From contig CAVVMJ010000003.1 of the NCBI GenBank assembly GCA_963749445.1, positions 715-64,714 of the forward strand: 64,000 nucleotides of DNA, written 5' to 3'. The stretch comes from an uncultured bacterium. GTDB taxonomy: Bacteria; Patescibacteriota; Doudnabacteria; UBA920. Within the stretch, counting starts at the first letter, position 1; each line of letters starts with the position of its first letter. Both the position numbers and the translations under genes were made by a program. The notes below the pieces were generated by a model. It saw only the letters and a program-made list of their open reading frames with translations. It had not been told where the DNA came from and did no database searches. This document shows, one piece after another, positions 41,632 to 50,628 of the stretch.

Positions 41632-42711
41632 ATGACAAAAGAAATCATCGTCTCCGGAACCAGGGTTAGCGGCAAACTGCATATTGGCAATTATTTGGGC
41701 GCGTTTAGGCAGTGGCTGGATTTGCAGGCAAAGGATGATAACCAATGTTACTTTTTTATTGCGGATTTGCATGGGATGACCACGCCGTTTGAGCCAAAAG
41801 AACTATCCGCTAACACGCTTGATGTAGCGGCCACGTATCTTGCCGCCGGAATTGACCCGAACAAGTCGGTTTTCTTTTTGCAAAACCACATTTTGGAGCA
41901 CGCGACTTTAGCGTGGATTTTTAATTGTCTAACTCCTTTGGGCGAACTTTATCGGATGACACAGTTTAAGGAAAAAACAGGGATTAAAACTATCGAGTCA
42001 GATATACAAACAACTGAATCTGGTACAGATGATCCCCGTCATAAAAATTTAATTGGGAATCGACTTGAAAAAGAAATTTCAAAACGGCAGACCTCAGTCA
42101 ACGCCGGATTGCTCACCTACCCGGCTCTGATGGCCGCGGACATTTTAATGTACAAAGCCACGGCTGTGCCAGTGGGCGACGACCAGGTCCAGCACGTGGA
42201 GCTCACGCGCGTGGTGGCGCGCAAATTCAACAACCGCTTTGGCCAAGTCTTTCCGGAACCCAAGACGTATTTGAACAAACCGTTAAGGATAATGTCGCTT
42301 ACTGACCCAACCAAAAAAATGAGCAAAACCGCAGATGAAGCCATTGGGCTGGACGACAGCCTGGAAGAAATGCAGCGTAAGCTCAAAAAGGCCGTTACCG
42401 CATCCGACCCCAGCGGCAAAACCAGCCCGGGCGTGGAAAACCTGTTTTTGCTTATGGAAAACTTTAGCCCGGACAAAACCAAAAAATACTTCGCGGACAA
42501 ACAAGTCCAGGGGCTTTTGCAATACAGCGAGCTCAAAGAAACGCTGGCCGTTGACATTTACAACCACTTTGCCGCATTCAGGGAAAAGAAAAAAGAACTC
42601 TTAGCCAAACCCGAATATCTTGCCGAAGTCCTTGGCGACGGCGCAAGCCGTGCCCGCCAAGTCGCCCAAAAAACTTTGCAGGAAGTCAAAGCAAAAATCG
42701 GATTATTATAG
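41632..42711 (+). CDS. trpS: Tryptophan--tRNA ligase
   Basis: HIGN, YPALMAADIL, VPVGDDQ, KMSK. Confidence 0.97.
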   Translation: MTKEIIVSGTRVSGKLHIGNYLGAFRQWLDLQAKDDNQCYFFIADLHGMTTPFEPKELSANTLDVAATYLAAGIDPNKSVFFLQNHILEHATLAWIFNCLTPLGELYRMTQFKEKTGIKTIESDIQTTESGTDDPRHKNLIGNRLEKEISKRQTSVNAGLLTYPALMAADILMYKATAVPVGDDQVQHVELTRVVARKFNNRFGQVFPEPKTYLNKPLRIMSLTDPTKKMSKTADEAIGLDDSLEEMQRKLKKAVTASDPSGKTSPGVENLFLLMENFSPDKTKKYFADKQVQGLLQYSELKETLAVDIYNHFAAFREKKKELLAKPEYLAEVLGDGASRARQVAQKTLQEVKAKIGLL

Positions 42712-42811
42712 AATGCCTTGACAAAGACCGAAATAACAATCAGATCGGTCTTTTTTGATGCATTTAAAAATAAATAGTCTGCTATAATGGAAGCACGAGA
42801 GGAGGACTCCC

Positions 42812-43186
42812 GTGCTAAAAATTCAGTATAAACGACAGGGGTGCGTATTGTTTACGTTCCGCTCAGAAGAAGATAGCCAAAGGGCTTTCCAAGCCTGCAA
42901 GCGGGCTTTCTCCGACGGAAGCGAATTTTACGGTTATCATCTCAAACAGGGCGCCCCTTACCAACCGTGGTGGCTAGCAGACCACTACACGCTCATCTTC
43001 GGCACCCTAGAGGTACCGATTTTGACACACGGACCGGAAATTACCCGAATCAGGGTATCTTCCTACCCGCCGATGTTTATCGGCAATGCGCTACTCGACC
43101 GCGATATGGGTATCATAGATCGCTGGCTAATTGACGAATTCACTCTTCGGAGTTGGTCGTCCCAGTCATTCTCTGCCGCGGCTTGA
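42812..43186 (+). CDS. Orphan protein, paralog cassette 1
   Basis: TATAAT, AGGAGG RBS, GTG start; similarity to the next two ORFs. Confidence 0.65.
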   Translation: MLKIQYKRQGCVLFTFRSEEDSQRAFQACKRAFSDGSEFYGYHLKQGAPYQPWWLADHYTLIFGTLEVPILTHGPEITRIRVSSYPPMFIGNALLDRDMGIIDRWLIDEFTLRSWSSQSFSAAA

Positions 43187-43377
43187 AACAAACACCTTTT
43201 CTTTCTGCCCGCTAACGCCTGGCAGAGAAACCGGCGGACGCCTACCTCGCGTCCGCCTTCGCCTTTTACCAAACTTTTTATTCAAAAGGCCAACCAAACG
43301 GTTGGGCTTTTTTAGTTATCCACCAATTGCCATTAAAAAATATTGCTTATATACTGGGAATATAAAGGAGGTGCCAC

Positions 43378-43752
43378 ATGCCGAGTTGTGTGGCCTTTTT
43401 TGAAAGCAAGGCCGACGCAAGTCGGGCCTATCACGTTCTGTTCTTAAAGATCGTTCGGCGGCATCCGTTTCTTGACCTGGAGCCGCTGTACATCTGGTCA
43501 GGCGCGGAGAATCGCCCTTACCAAAGCGAACACAACGATGAGTACTTCATCGTTTTCGCCTTTACGTCGGCAAGCCCCCGGCATTTCAAGGAAACTGGGT
43601 TTATTGGATATGACATTACCGAAATGTCGTCTGCCCAAGCTTGGGACTTAGTCACCAAGCACGGGCGGAGCGCCCTCACATCGGTGGTTAAACGCCCCAT
43701 CGCTGCCGCCGATGCCATCGCTCCCGACAGCAGCAGGAGGACCGCCGCATGA
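43378..43752 (+). CDS. Orphan protein, paralog cassette 2
   Basis: TTGCCA-17-TATACT promoter, AAGGAGGT RBS. Confidence 0.65.
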   Translation: MPSCVAFFESKADASRAYHVLFLKIVRRHPFLDLEPLYIWSGAENRPYQSEHNDEYFIVFAFTSASPRHFKETGFIGYDITEMSSAQAWDLVTKHGRSALTSVVKRPIAAADAIAPDSSRRTAA

Positions 43753-43888
43753 CCAAACACCCATACGGCAGCGGGCGGACATCAATATTTCGGATGTTCG
43801 CGCGCTGCCGTCGCTGTTTTATATATTTGTGCTTTTTTTATACTTTCTATATACTTGAGTCAAATCTACGTTCCACAGGAGGTTCAAC

Positions 43889-44230
43889 TTGCCGTACACT
43901 TATATGGTGGTGTGCGCATCGAAAGAAGAATGGCTCGCTAGAAAGAAAGGGTTCGAGGCTGCCTGTAACGGCAGCGGCGAAACGTTCATGGATGTCAAAC
44001 CCATAGCTGCAGAATTCACAGACGGCCAATCGACCAAACCGTATGCCCGAAGGTGGGGCAACAAGCACTTCATTCTTTTTGCCACCCACGAGCCCGTCAC
44101 CACCCATGGAGTTGAAGTCCATCGCTTCAATGACATGTCGACCGGCGGGTTCGTTGACGCCCTCGGCCATTACTCATGGGACGACCTGATGAGCCAGGTT
44201 TGTTCCACACACAACCATGCCACCGTCTGA
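43889..44230 (+). CDS. Orphan protein, paralog cassette 3
   Basis: TTGTGC-17-TATACT promoter, AGGAGGT RBS, TTG start. Confidence 0.65.
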   Translation: MPYTYMVVCASKEEWLARKKGFEAACNGSGETFMDVKPIAAEFTDGQSTKPYARRWGNKHFILFATHEPVTTHGVEVHRFNDMSTGGFVDALGHYSWDDLMSQVCSTHNHATV

Positions 44231-44382
44231 CTTCGGCAACACATCGCCAACGCGCGGCGGACGACCACCCATCGTCCGCCGTGCATCATTTTTAAAACGC
44301 CCAAACAGGGCGTTTAATATTGTTTGATGTCTTTATGAAATTATTTTGGGAGGGTTATAAACCCTCCCCTACATTACAATAA

Positions 44383-45177
44383 TTATTTCAGCAAGCCTTT
44401 AATAATTTTTTTTGTCTCTTCCGGGCCCTTGACCTGAATGTAATCCACTCCGGTTTTGACCACCGCGTAATCGTTGCCGCCGGGGACAATCGCATCGCCA
44501 ATAAATAACATTTTGCCAATAGGCACGCCCAAATGGTTTTTTATCTGCCGCAAACCGTAAGCCTTGTCTATCCCCTTTTTGGTAACGTCAATGGATGTAA
44601 ACCCCGCGGCGCGTACTTCCAAATTTGGCAAATATTTTGCCGCGAGTTTAGCGATTTTCATTTTCAAGGACTTGTTTTCTTTAAGCCATTGCTCTTTAAG
44701 CGCCACGCCTTTTTTGCCTAAAATCGCAACCACGTCCTGGCCTAAAAAGGACAGCGTAACTTGCGTACCGCGGTCTTCTATAATCTGGCCGTAAGTTTTT
44801 TTGGGATGATGGTAGCCGATTTCCTTAAACACGCGTTGGAAAGTTTGCTTGATTTTCGCGCGTTCGCTTTTTGTCAGTTGATGGGAATAAATTTGTTTCC
44901 AGCCATTATGGTACCGATAAAAGGACGTTGAGGTTGTGGGAAATAAAAATAACTTGGATAACAATTCCTTTGGCGCCAAAAGCGCGTCTAAAAATTGCAG
45001 CTTAAACAAATCGTACTTGCCGCCGCCAATAACCGCGACTTTTTTGGCTTCCAAAAGCCGGGCAAACAGCCCCGACATCTCCCTGTCCATAACCGACTTG
45101 GTCGGCGTCAGCGTGCCGTCCAAATCAAAGACGATTAGGCTTTTAAACTTTAAGTTTTTAGGATTGATAATCTTCAT
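44383..45177 (-). CDS. HAD-IIB hydrolase (phosphomannomutase-like)
   Basis: DLDGTL, EDRG.Q, TSIDVT..G.DK, GD...GGND. Confidence 0.88.
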   Translation of the reverse strand: MKIINPKNLKFKSLIVFDLDGTLTPTKSVMDREMSGLFARLLEAKKVAVIGGGKYDLFKLQFLDALLAPKELLSKLFLFPTTSTSFYRYHNGWKQIYSHQLTKSERAKIKQTFQRVFKEIGYHHPKKTYGQIIEDRGTQVTLSFLGQDVVAILGKKGVALKEQWLKENKSLKMKIAKLAAKYLPNLEVRAAGFTSIDVTKKGIDKAYGLRQIKNHLGVPIGKMLFIGDAIVPGGNDYAVVKTGVDYIQVKGPEETKKIIKGLLK

Positions 45178-45889
45178 AATTATATTTTAGCACAAACAAA
45201 AAAAAGAAGCAGGCGTCCCGGTACACTCACAGGACGCCCGCGATAGGCAACTCCCACCAAAGGATGCCTTAGTTGGTAACTTCCGCCGCTCGAGCCTGCA
45301 AGGCCCGGGGATTGCGTTCGCCGCTCGACGCAACGAGCGGCAGAATAGCCGGTGCCCTGTTGGGCTTGCCATCAAGGGCACGGCGGGCGACTTCCAGGGG
45401 TGCTTGACCCCTGGCTCCTCCTTCTTGAATGAAAGCCCCTCTCTGGGCGGCGACGAACCTGCCAGACCTGCCGTAGTTCTTCATCAGTTTCTCCATGTTG
45501 TAAGAAAACAACGCTACCGATATGGCAATCGGAGGCACCGCTTCCTTACAAAAATAATACTCTTATATATGCCATAAGTCAAACTAATCTGTTATAATAA
45601 ACATGAACAGGAGGCCCTATGAGTATCCTGAAAACACCTCCTTTCCTGCAGTAGCGTTTCCACGACACGATTTAGCCTCCGCAGAGAGGCCGCTGTTTAA
45701 TCCGCTACTTGCGGGAAAGGAGAGTGATCCAGCGCAGATATACCTTTTGCCGATATTTTTTCCGGCGAGGCGCCATTGTTTTTCTTTTGGCGCCCTTTTC
45801 TTTTGCTCTTGGCTAAACCGGCTATCTGATTTATACTACCCACGATGACTTTTCCTATTCTCTTGTCTCTAATCTCTTTTCACTAACAT

Positions 45890-47052
45890 ATGTCTTTTCA
45901 AATCGGAATCGTCGGGCTGCCAAATGTAGGAAAATCAACTCTTTTTAACGCCATTACCAAAAGCAAGGTGGAGGCGGCGAATTACCCGTTTGCCACCATT
46001 AACCCCAATGTGGGCGTAGTGGCTGTGCCGGACGAACGCTTGGCCAAACTGGCCGCGCAGGAAAAAGCGAAAAAATTGTGCCCACGGCTATTGAGTTTGT
46101 AGATATTGCCGGATTGGTCAAAGGCGCCAGCAAAGGCGAAGGCTTGGGCAACCAATTTTTAAGCCATATCCGCTCCGTTGACGCGATTTTGGAAGTGGTG
46201 AGATTTTTTGAAAATAAGGACATTATCCATGTGCAGGGCAACGTTGACCCCAAGCGCGATATGGAAACCGTTGCCATAGAACTGCAATTGGCGGATTTGC
46301 AAAACGTGGAAAATAGATTATCATCCGTCGCCCGCCAGGCCAAAAGCGGCGAACGCGACGCGATAATCAAAAAAACTGTGCTTGATAAATATCGGATGGC
46401 GCTTGAGGCCGGAGCTATGGCCAACACCGTGCATTTGACCGATGAAGAAAAAGAGCACAGTAAGGATATTGAGCTTTTGACCAACAAACCGATTATGTTT
46501 GTGGCAAATGATAAATTTGATTTGGATAAAAAATCTTTTTCATCTGCCATTCCGAGCCCTGGGATATCGGGCGAGGAATCTGTTAAAACATCTGCTAGTG
46601 ATAACAGATCCCTCCACTCGCCCTCGGATGCACTCGGGCTCGGTCGGGATGGCAAATTTATTACCATCGATGCACAACTAGAAAGCGAACTCGCGGAGCT
46701 TTCCGATGACGAACGCGCGCAGTACCTTAAAGAACTCGGCCTGCCGGAATCGGGTTTGGATAAAATCATCAAAGCCGCGTATAAAACTTTAGGGCTGATT
46801 ACCTTTATTACGGCCGGGCCAAAAGAAAGTAAGGCCTGGACCTGCCCCGCCGGTACCAAAGCTCCGCAGGCCGCGGGAATAATCCATACCGATTTTGAAA
46901 AAGGCTTTATCCGCGCCGAAGTCATCCAATGGAATAAATTATTGGAAGCCGGCGGCTACGGCCCGGCGCGGGATAAGGGTTGGCTAAGGGTTGAGGGAAA
47001 AGAATATGTGATTGCGGATGGGGATGTTGTGCACTTTAGATTTAATGTATAA
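45890..47052 (+). CDS. ychF: Ribosome-binding ATPase YchF (frameshift in an A-run near 46072; in-frame repeat insertion 46545-46654)
   Basis: [25 protein letters not shown] domain. Confidence 0.96.
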
Positions 47053-47327
47053 TTTGATATAATTCAAACAATCCTGCTCATGCAGTTTGGGCTACAGTTC
47101 AAACTCGCGGGGTTTCCAATCTTTGGAGCGCCAGAGTATTGCATCTTACGGGGTGTAATAGCGTGCGAATATTGATTGCGGTGATACTTCTTGTCTGTTT
47201 CCAGCGGAAATGCCCCGGCGTTAGGTTGGGACTACTCCCAAGTTAAATACAGGAAAGAAAAGGGTATAGGCCTCTAAAAGGCAGTAAGCCTTACATTTTC
47301 CAGTGATCACGGACGGAAATAGGCAAT

Positions 47328-47448
47328 TTCTCGACTCCAACGGGTATCGCGTCTGCGTCAAGCTCAACTCGGATGGGCTCAACGTCAACAACGATCATCC
47401 GTCCTACGGCGACAACGACAACTTGTACGTCTGCGTTGCCCGGAAGTC
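47328..47448 (+). ncRNA. DGR template repeat (TR)
   Basis: 121-bp gapless match to the VR; 27 adenines, 7 AAC codons, no third-position A. Confidence 0.95.
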
Positions 47449-47461
47449 TCATCGTTTTTTA

Positions 47462-47495
47462 AATCAGACCTACCTTTTAAAAGGTAGGTCTGATT
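47462..47495. terminator. 34-bp perfect palindrome between TR and the avd 3' end
   Basis: AATCAGACCTACCTTTT|AAAAGGTAGGTCTGATT; function uncertain. Confidence 0.55.
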
Positions 47496-47847
47496 GTTGC
47501 AGCACCTGAACTGATTTTTTCCAGCCGCCTAACATCCGGCCTATTTCATCCACCGAATCCTGAAAGAAAATATACTTTTTATTATCCATGGCCTTAATGT
47601 CTTTAGCCAGACGCATATAAATCCGCAAAATATTAAGTTTGCCGCTGGCTTTGTCCAAATATGGTAGCTTTTCCGCCTTGGGTAAGCCGGTTGCGGTAAG
47701 CAGATACTCCAAAATTTCCGTTAAAACTGTTTCGCTTTTTTGGCCTAAAGAATATCTGTCCTGCTTTGGGAAAGTTTTTAAACAAATATAAAACTCCTTG
47801 TATAAATCATACGACTTTTTAAAAATTGGAACATCAAATTCATTCAT
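47470..47847 (-). CDS. avd: Accessory variability determinant (Avd-like four-helix bundle)
   Basis: PIF.K.YDL...FPK..RY.LG...EIGRMLGGW; adjacent to RT. Confidence 0.9.
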   Translation of the reverse strand: MNEFDVPIFKKSYDLYKEFYICLKTFPKQDRYSLGQKSETVLTEILEYLLTATGLPKAEKLPYLDKASGKLNILRIYMRLAKDIKAMDNKKYIFFQDSVDEIGRMLGGWKKSVQVLQQSDLPFKR

Positions 47848-48843
47848 ATGAAAATCTATAAAGATGTTTTTAGCAAAATAGCTAGTGCGGAAAACCTGTT
47901 TGACTCATGGCAGGCATTCCGCAAGGGAAAGACTAAGCGCAGCGACGTAATGGCTTTTGAATTTTCATTGGAGCAAAATATTTTTGATTTGCGCGATGAA
48001 TTAAAATCAAAAAGATACAAACATGCGCCCTATTCTTCCTTTTTTATTCAAGATCCCAAACAAAGGAACATTCATAAAGCCAGTGTCCGCGACCGGCTTA
48101 TCCACCATGCCATTTTCGCCGTTCTGAACCCCATTTTTGAAGCGGCCTTTATTCCCAATTCCTTTTCCTGTCAAAAGGGCAAAGGCACGCATAAGGGAGT
48201 GGAGGCGCTTAAAAATATATTGCGCGAAGCCAGCAAAAATAACACCAAACCATGCTTTGTGCTTAAATGTGATATTAGACAGTTTTTTCATTCGGTTGAC
48301 CATGATATTTTGATTTCAATTATTGGGCAAAAGATCAAAGACCTTGATGCCATGCGGCTAATCCGAGAGATTGTGGAGAGCTTCCCTAATGGCGTGCCGA
48401 TAGGCAATTTGACCAGCCAACTGTTTGCCAATCTTTATTTAAATGAGCTCGACAGGTTTGTTAAGCACAAACTGAAAGTTCCTTTTTATGTTCGCTATAC
48501 CGATGATTTTGTTCTGGTTTCAGATTCGCCTGAAAAACTTCTATCCTTGCTGGAATGGATAAAGCTGTTTTTGCGGGAGCGGCTCAAGCTTGAGATCCAC
48601 CCGCACAAACTAACTTTACGAAAATACCATCAGGGGATTGATTTTCTTGGTTATATTCAGTTTCCCAAATTTAGGATTTTGAGGAACAAAACTAAGCAAA
48701 GAATTTTAAGGAAATCGGCCAAGGGCTTAAACGAGCAGTCCTTGCAATCGTATTTAGGGGTTCTGTCTCATTGTAATGCCTACAAGCTTGGCGAGAGTTT
48801 AAAGAACGAGTTTTGGCTGCAAAGTGAGGAGGGGAAAAAGTAA
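47848..48843 (+). CDS. DGR reverse transcriptase
   Basis: RDRL.HHA, KGTH, KCDI..FF, GVPIGNLTSQ, YVRYTDD, GIDFLGY. Confidence 0.96.
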   Translation: MKIYKDVFSKIASAENLFDSWQAFRKGKTKRSDVMAFEFSLEQNIFDLRDELKSKRYKHAPYSSFFIQDPKQRNIHKASVRDRLIHHAIFAVLNPIFEAAFIPNSFSCQKGKGTHKGVEALKNILREASKNNTKPCFVLKCDIRQFFHSVDHDILISIIGQKIKDLDAMRLIREIVESFPNGVPIGNLTSQLFANLYLNELDRFVKHKLKVPFYVRYTDDFVLVSDSPEKLLSLLEWIKLFLRERLKLEIHPHKLTLRKYHQGIDFLGYIQFPKFRILRNKTKQRILRKSAKGLNEQSLQSYLGVLSHCNAYKLGESLKNEFWLQSEEGKK

Positions 48844-48924
48844 AAAAAATTTCGGGAAGGCTTCGCCAGAGGCGAAGCCTTGCTTTCAAGGCCTCAAAGC
48901 CTAAAGCTTCAGAGTTCCGAAGCT

Positions 48925-49779
48925 TCAAGCGATCAAAGCACGATGGGCGGACTTCCGGGCAACGCAGACGAACAAGTTGCCGCTGCCGCCGTAGGACGGA
49001 TGAGCGCCGTAGACGAAGAGCCCAGCCGAGTCGAGCCAGACGCAGACGCGATACCCGTGGGAGTCGAGAATGCGGCCCCAGTGATAGACGTTGTCGAACA
49101 GCCGCTGACCGGTGGCCTTCTGGTGAGCGAGCACCGCCTGGGAGAACACGCGCTCGTCGGCGCGTTCGTAGTCTTCGCCCAATGCCACGATGTTGTCTTC
49201 CTGCTGTTGCCAGTTGGTGCGATTCCACCGCGGGGTCATGTCGAGCAGGTAGTAGCCGGCCTCCGGCTTGCTGTCGCCGACTTCCTTGTACTGCGGCTTC
49301 AGGAACCAGTCGACGCCCGGGTAATAGTTGGGCGGGTGGCTCTTGTCGGTACCGAGCGTGGAGTGCTGGCTGCGGAACGACGCTGTCGAAGCATAAGCCA
49401 GCATCCATTTGTGCGTCCCGGCCTTGTTCTGGTAGGCACACTCCTGAATCTGGGCCATGTTCGGGCAAACCACGGTCTGTCCCTTGGGGGACGGTTGGGC
49501 GAAGGTGGTCGAGTTCTGCTCGTGCGTCACCAGACTGGTCTGGCCGAGCAGGGTGAGCGCACCAGCGAGGTCGAATGCCGGAGTCGTCAGCCGGATTGCG
49601 AGCCGGTGAACGAATTGCTGATACTCTTCCGGATAGACTCCGCTGCTATGGATTGCCAAAAGTTCGGCGTGAAGGAAACTTCCCTTCTCCAGTGCGGCTT
49701 CGGTTGCGTTGCGCATGTCTCGGATTTGACCCGGGGTTGCCGGATCGTTGCTCTTAGACGTGAGTAATGGGGTTCCCAT
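48925..49779 (-). CDS. DGR target protein with C-terminal variable region (probable CLec-like fold)
   Basis: VR is in frame at the 3' end; AAGAGGA RBS. Confidence 0.9.
   Translation of the reverse strand: MGTPLLTSKSNDPATPGQIRDMRNATEAALEKGSFLHAELLAIHSSGVYPEEYQQFVHRLAIRLTTPAFDLAGALTLLGQTSLVTHEQNSTTFAQPSPKGQTVVCPNMAQIQECAYQNKAGTHKWMLAYASTASFRSQHSTLGTDKSHPPNYYPGVDWFLKPQYKEVGDSKPEAGYYLLDMTPRWNRTNWQQQEDNIVALGEDYERADERVFSQAVLAHQKATGQRLFDNVYHWGRILDSHGYRVCVWLDSAGLFVYGAHPSYGGSGNLFVCVARKSAHRALIA
48950..49070 (-). repeat. DGR variable repeat (VR)
   Basis: 15 mismatches versus TR, all opposite TR adenines. Confidence 0.95.
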
Positions 49780-50151
49780 TGTCAGTATCCTCTTATTCAG
49801 TTGTCAAAGCTTCCTTGGGCCGCAAGGACACGGTCTCATCTTTTTCAAAACAAGACAAGCACTTTATTATCCTTCGATTAGTGAAGGATTGTAAAGCGCA
49901 AGTCTCGTTATTTTTGAGACCTTACATTATGGCACTTTTTTTATCTCCTGTCAATATCGACAAAAAAACCATCAAATGCTATAATTTCAACACTTATCCA
50001 TTTCGAGCGAGTCAGACGAGCCGAGAAATCTGTTTAATTAAAATCAAAAACAGATCCCTCCACTCCTCGGATGCACTCGTCGGTCGGGATGGAATCTAAT
50101 TTAATACACTAATCATATTCCCCCTATGGGGGATAGAAAGGATTCCTTTCT

Positions 50152-50628
50152 ATGCCGCAATATGAGCTGATGTACCTGCTCGGCAGCCAAGTGGCCGACG
50201 ACCAGGTGCCTAACATCTCGCAAAGCGTCAAAAAATTCGTTGAGGATTTCGGCGGAAGCAACATTGTGGAAACGCCCCTCGGCAAAAAAAAACTCGCCTA
50301 CCCCATTGGCAAAACCCGCAACGGCCATTATGTTGTGGTAAATTTTACAATGGACGGCAACAAAATTAACGAGCTGGACGCCAAAATCCGCACCCAGGAC
50401 AGCACTATTATCCGCTACCTGCTCACCAACCGCGACGAGCATTTGGAACGGCTGGAAAAAGATAAAAAAGTGCAGGCCAAGCTAAACCGCCGGATTCCCG
50501 TGGAAGGCGCGGCCCAAAGCCAGCCAGTTGGGCAAAAAGCCAAAAAAGCTCCGGTGGTTTTGGATCTCGCGCCCGAAGACATTGACGCCAAGATTGAGAA
50601 GGCGTTGTCCGAGGATATTACAAAATAG
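50152..50628 (+). CDS. rpsF: 30S ribosomal protein S6
   Basis: YELM, GKKKLAYPI, GHY; rpsF-ssb-rpsR synteny. Confidence 0.95.
   Translation: MPQYELMYLLGSQVADDQVPNISQSVKKFVEDFGGSNIVETPLGKKKLAYPIGKTRNGHYVVVNFTMDGNKINELDAKIRTQDSTIIRYLLTNRDEHLERLEKDKKVQAKLNRRIPVEGAAQSQPVGQKAKKAPVVLDLAPEDIDAKIEKALSEDITK

Larger units (their letters stand above)
47053..49779. mobile_element. Diversity-generating retroelement (TR, avd, RT, target with VR)
   Basis: All four components are present, and TR/VR mismatches are adenine-specific. Confidence 0.96.

Noticed and set aside
42781-44315. Integron cassette array
   Set aside because: The hairpins lack canonical RYYYAAC/GTTRRRY attC ends, the cassettes have their own promoters, and no tyrosine integrase is nearby.
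45187-45848. Small ORFs between the HAD gene and ychF
   Set aside because: Frames overlap, there are no recognisable motifs and frameshifts are possible, so no specific call is supportable.
1618-46080. Split ORFs in radC, recombinase, methyltransferase, uvrA (twice), rnj and ychF as pseudogenes or programmed frameshifts
   Set aside because: These are mostly single-base indels in short homopolymers, scattered over conserved genes, which best fits long-read consensus error. Read polishing would settle it.
47303-47509. 68-aa ORF resembling the DGR target C-terminus
   Set aside because: It is the translation of the template repeat, which keeps the VR frame; not called as a gene.
47848-48843. 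RT as group II intron or retron
   Set aside because: It has a DGR-type GNLTSQ motif, no maturase/endonuclease extension, and an adjacent Avd and TR/VR pair.
48692-49767. Long alternative-frame ORFs over the DGR target (258 aa and 295 aa)
   Set aside because: They are shadow ORFs of a GC-rich gene. Only 48925-49779(-) puts TR adenines at codon positions 1-2 and has an RBS.
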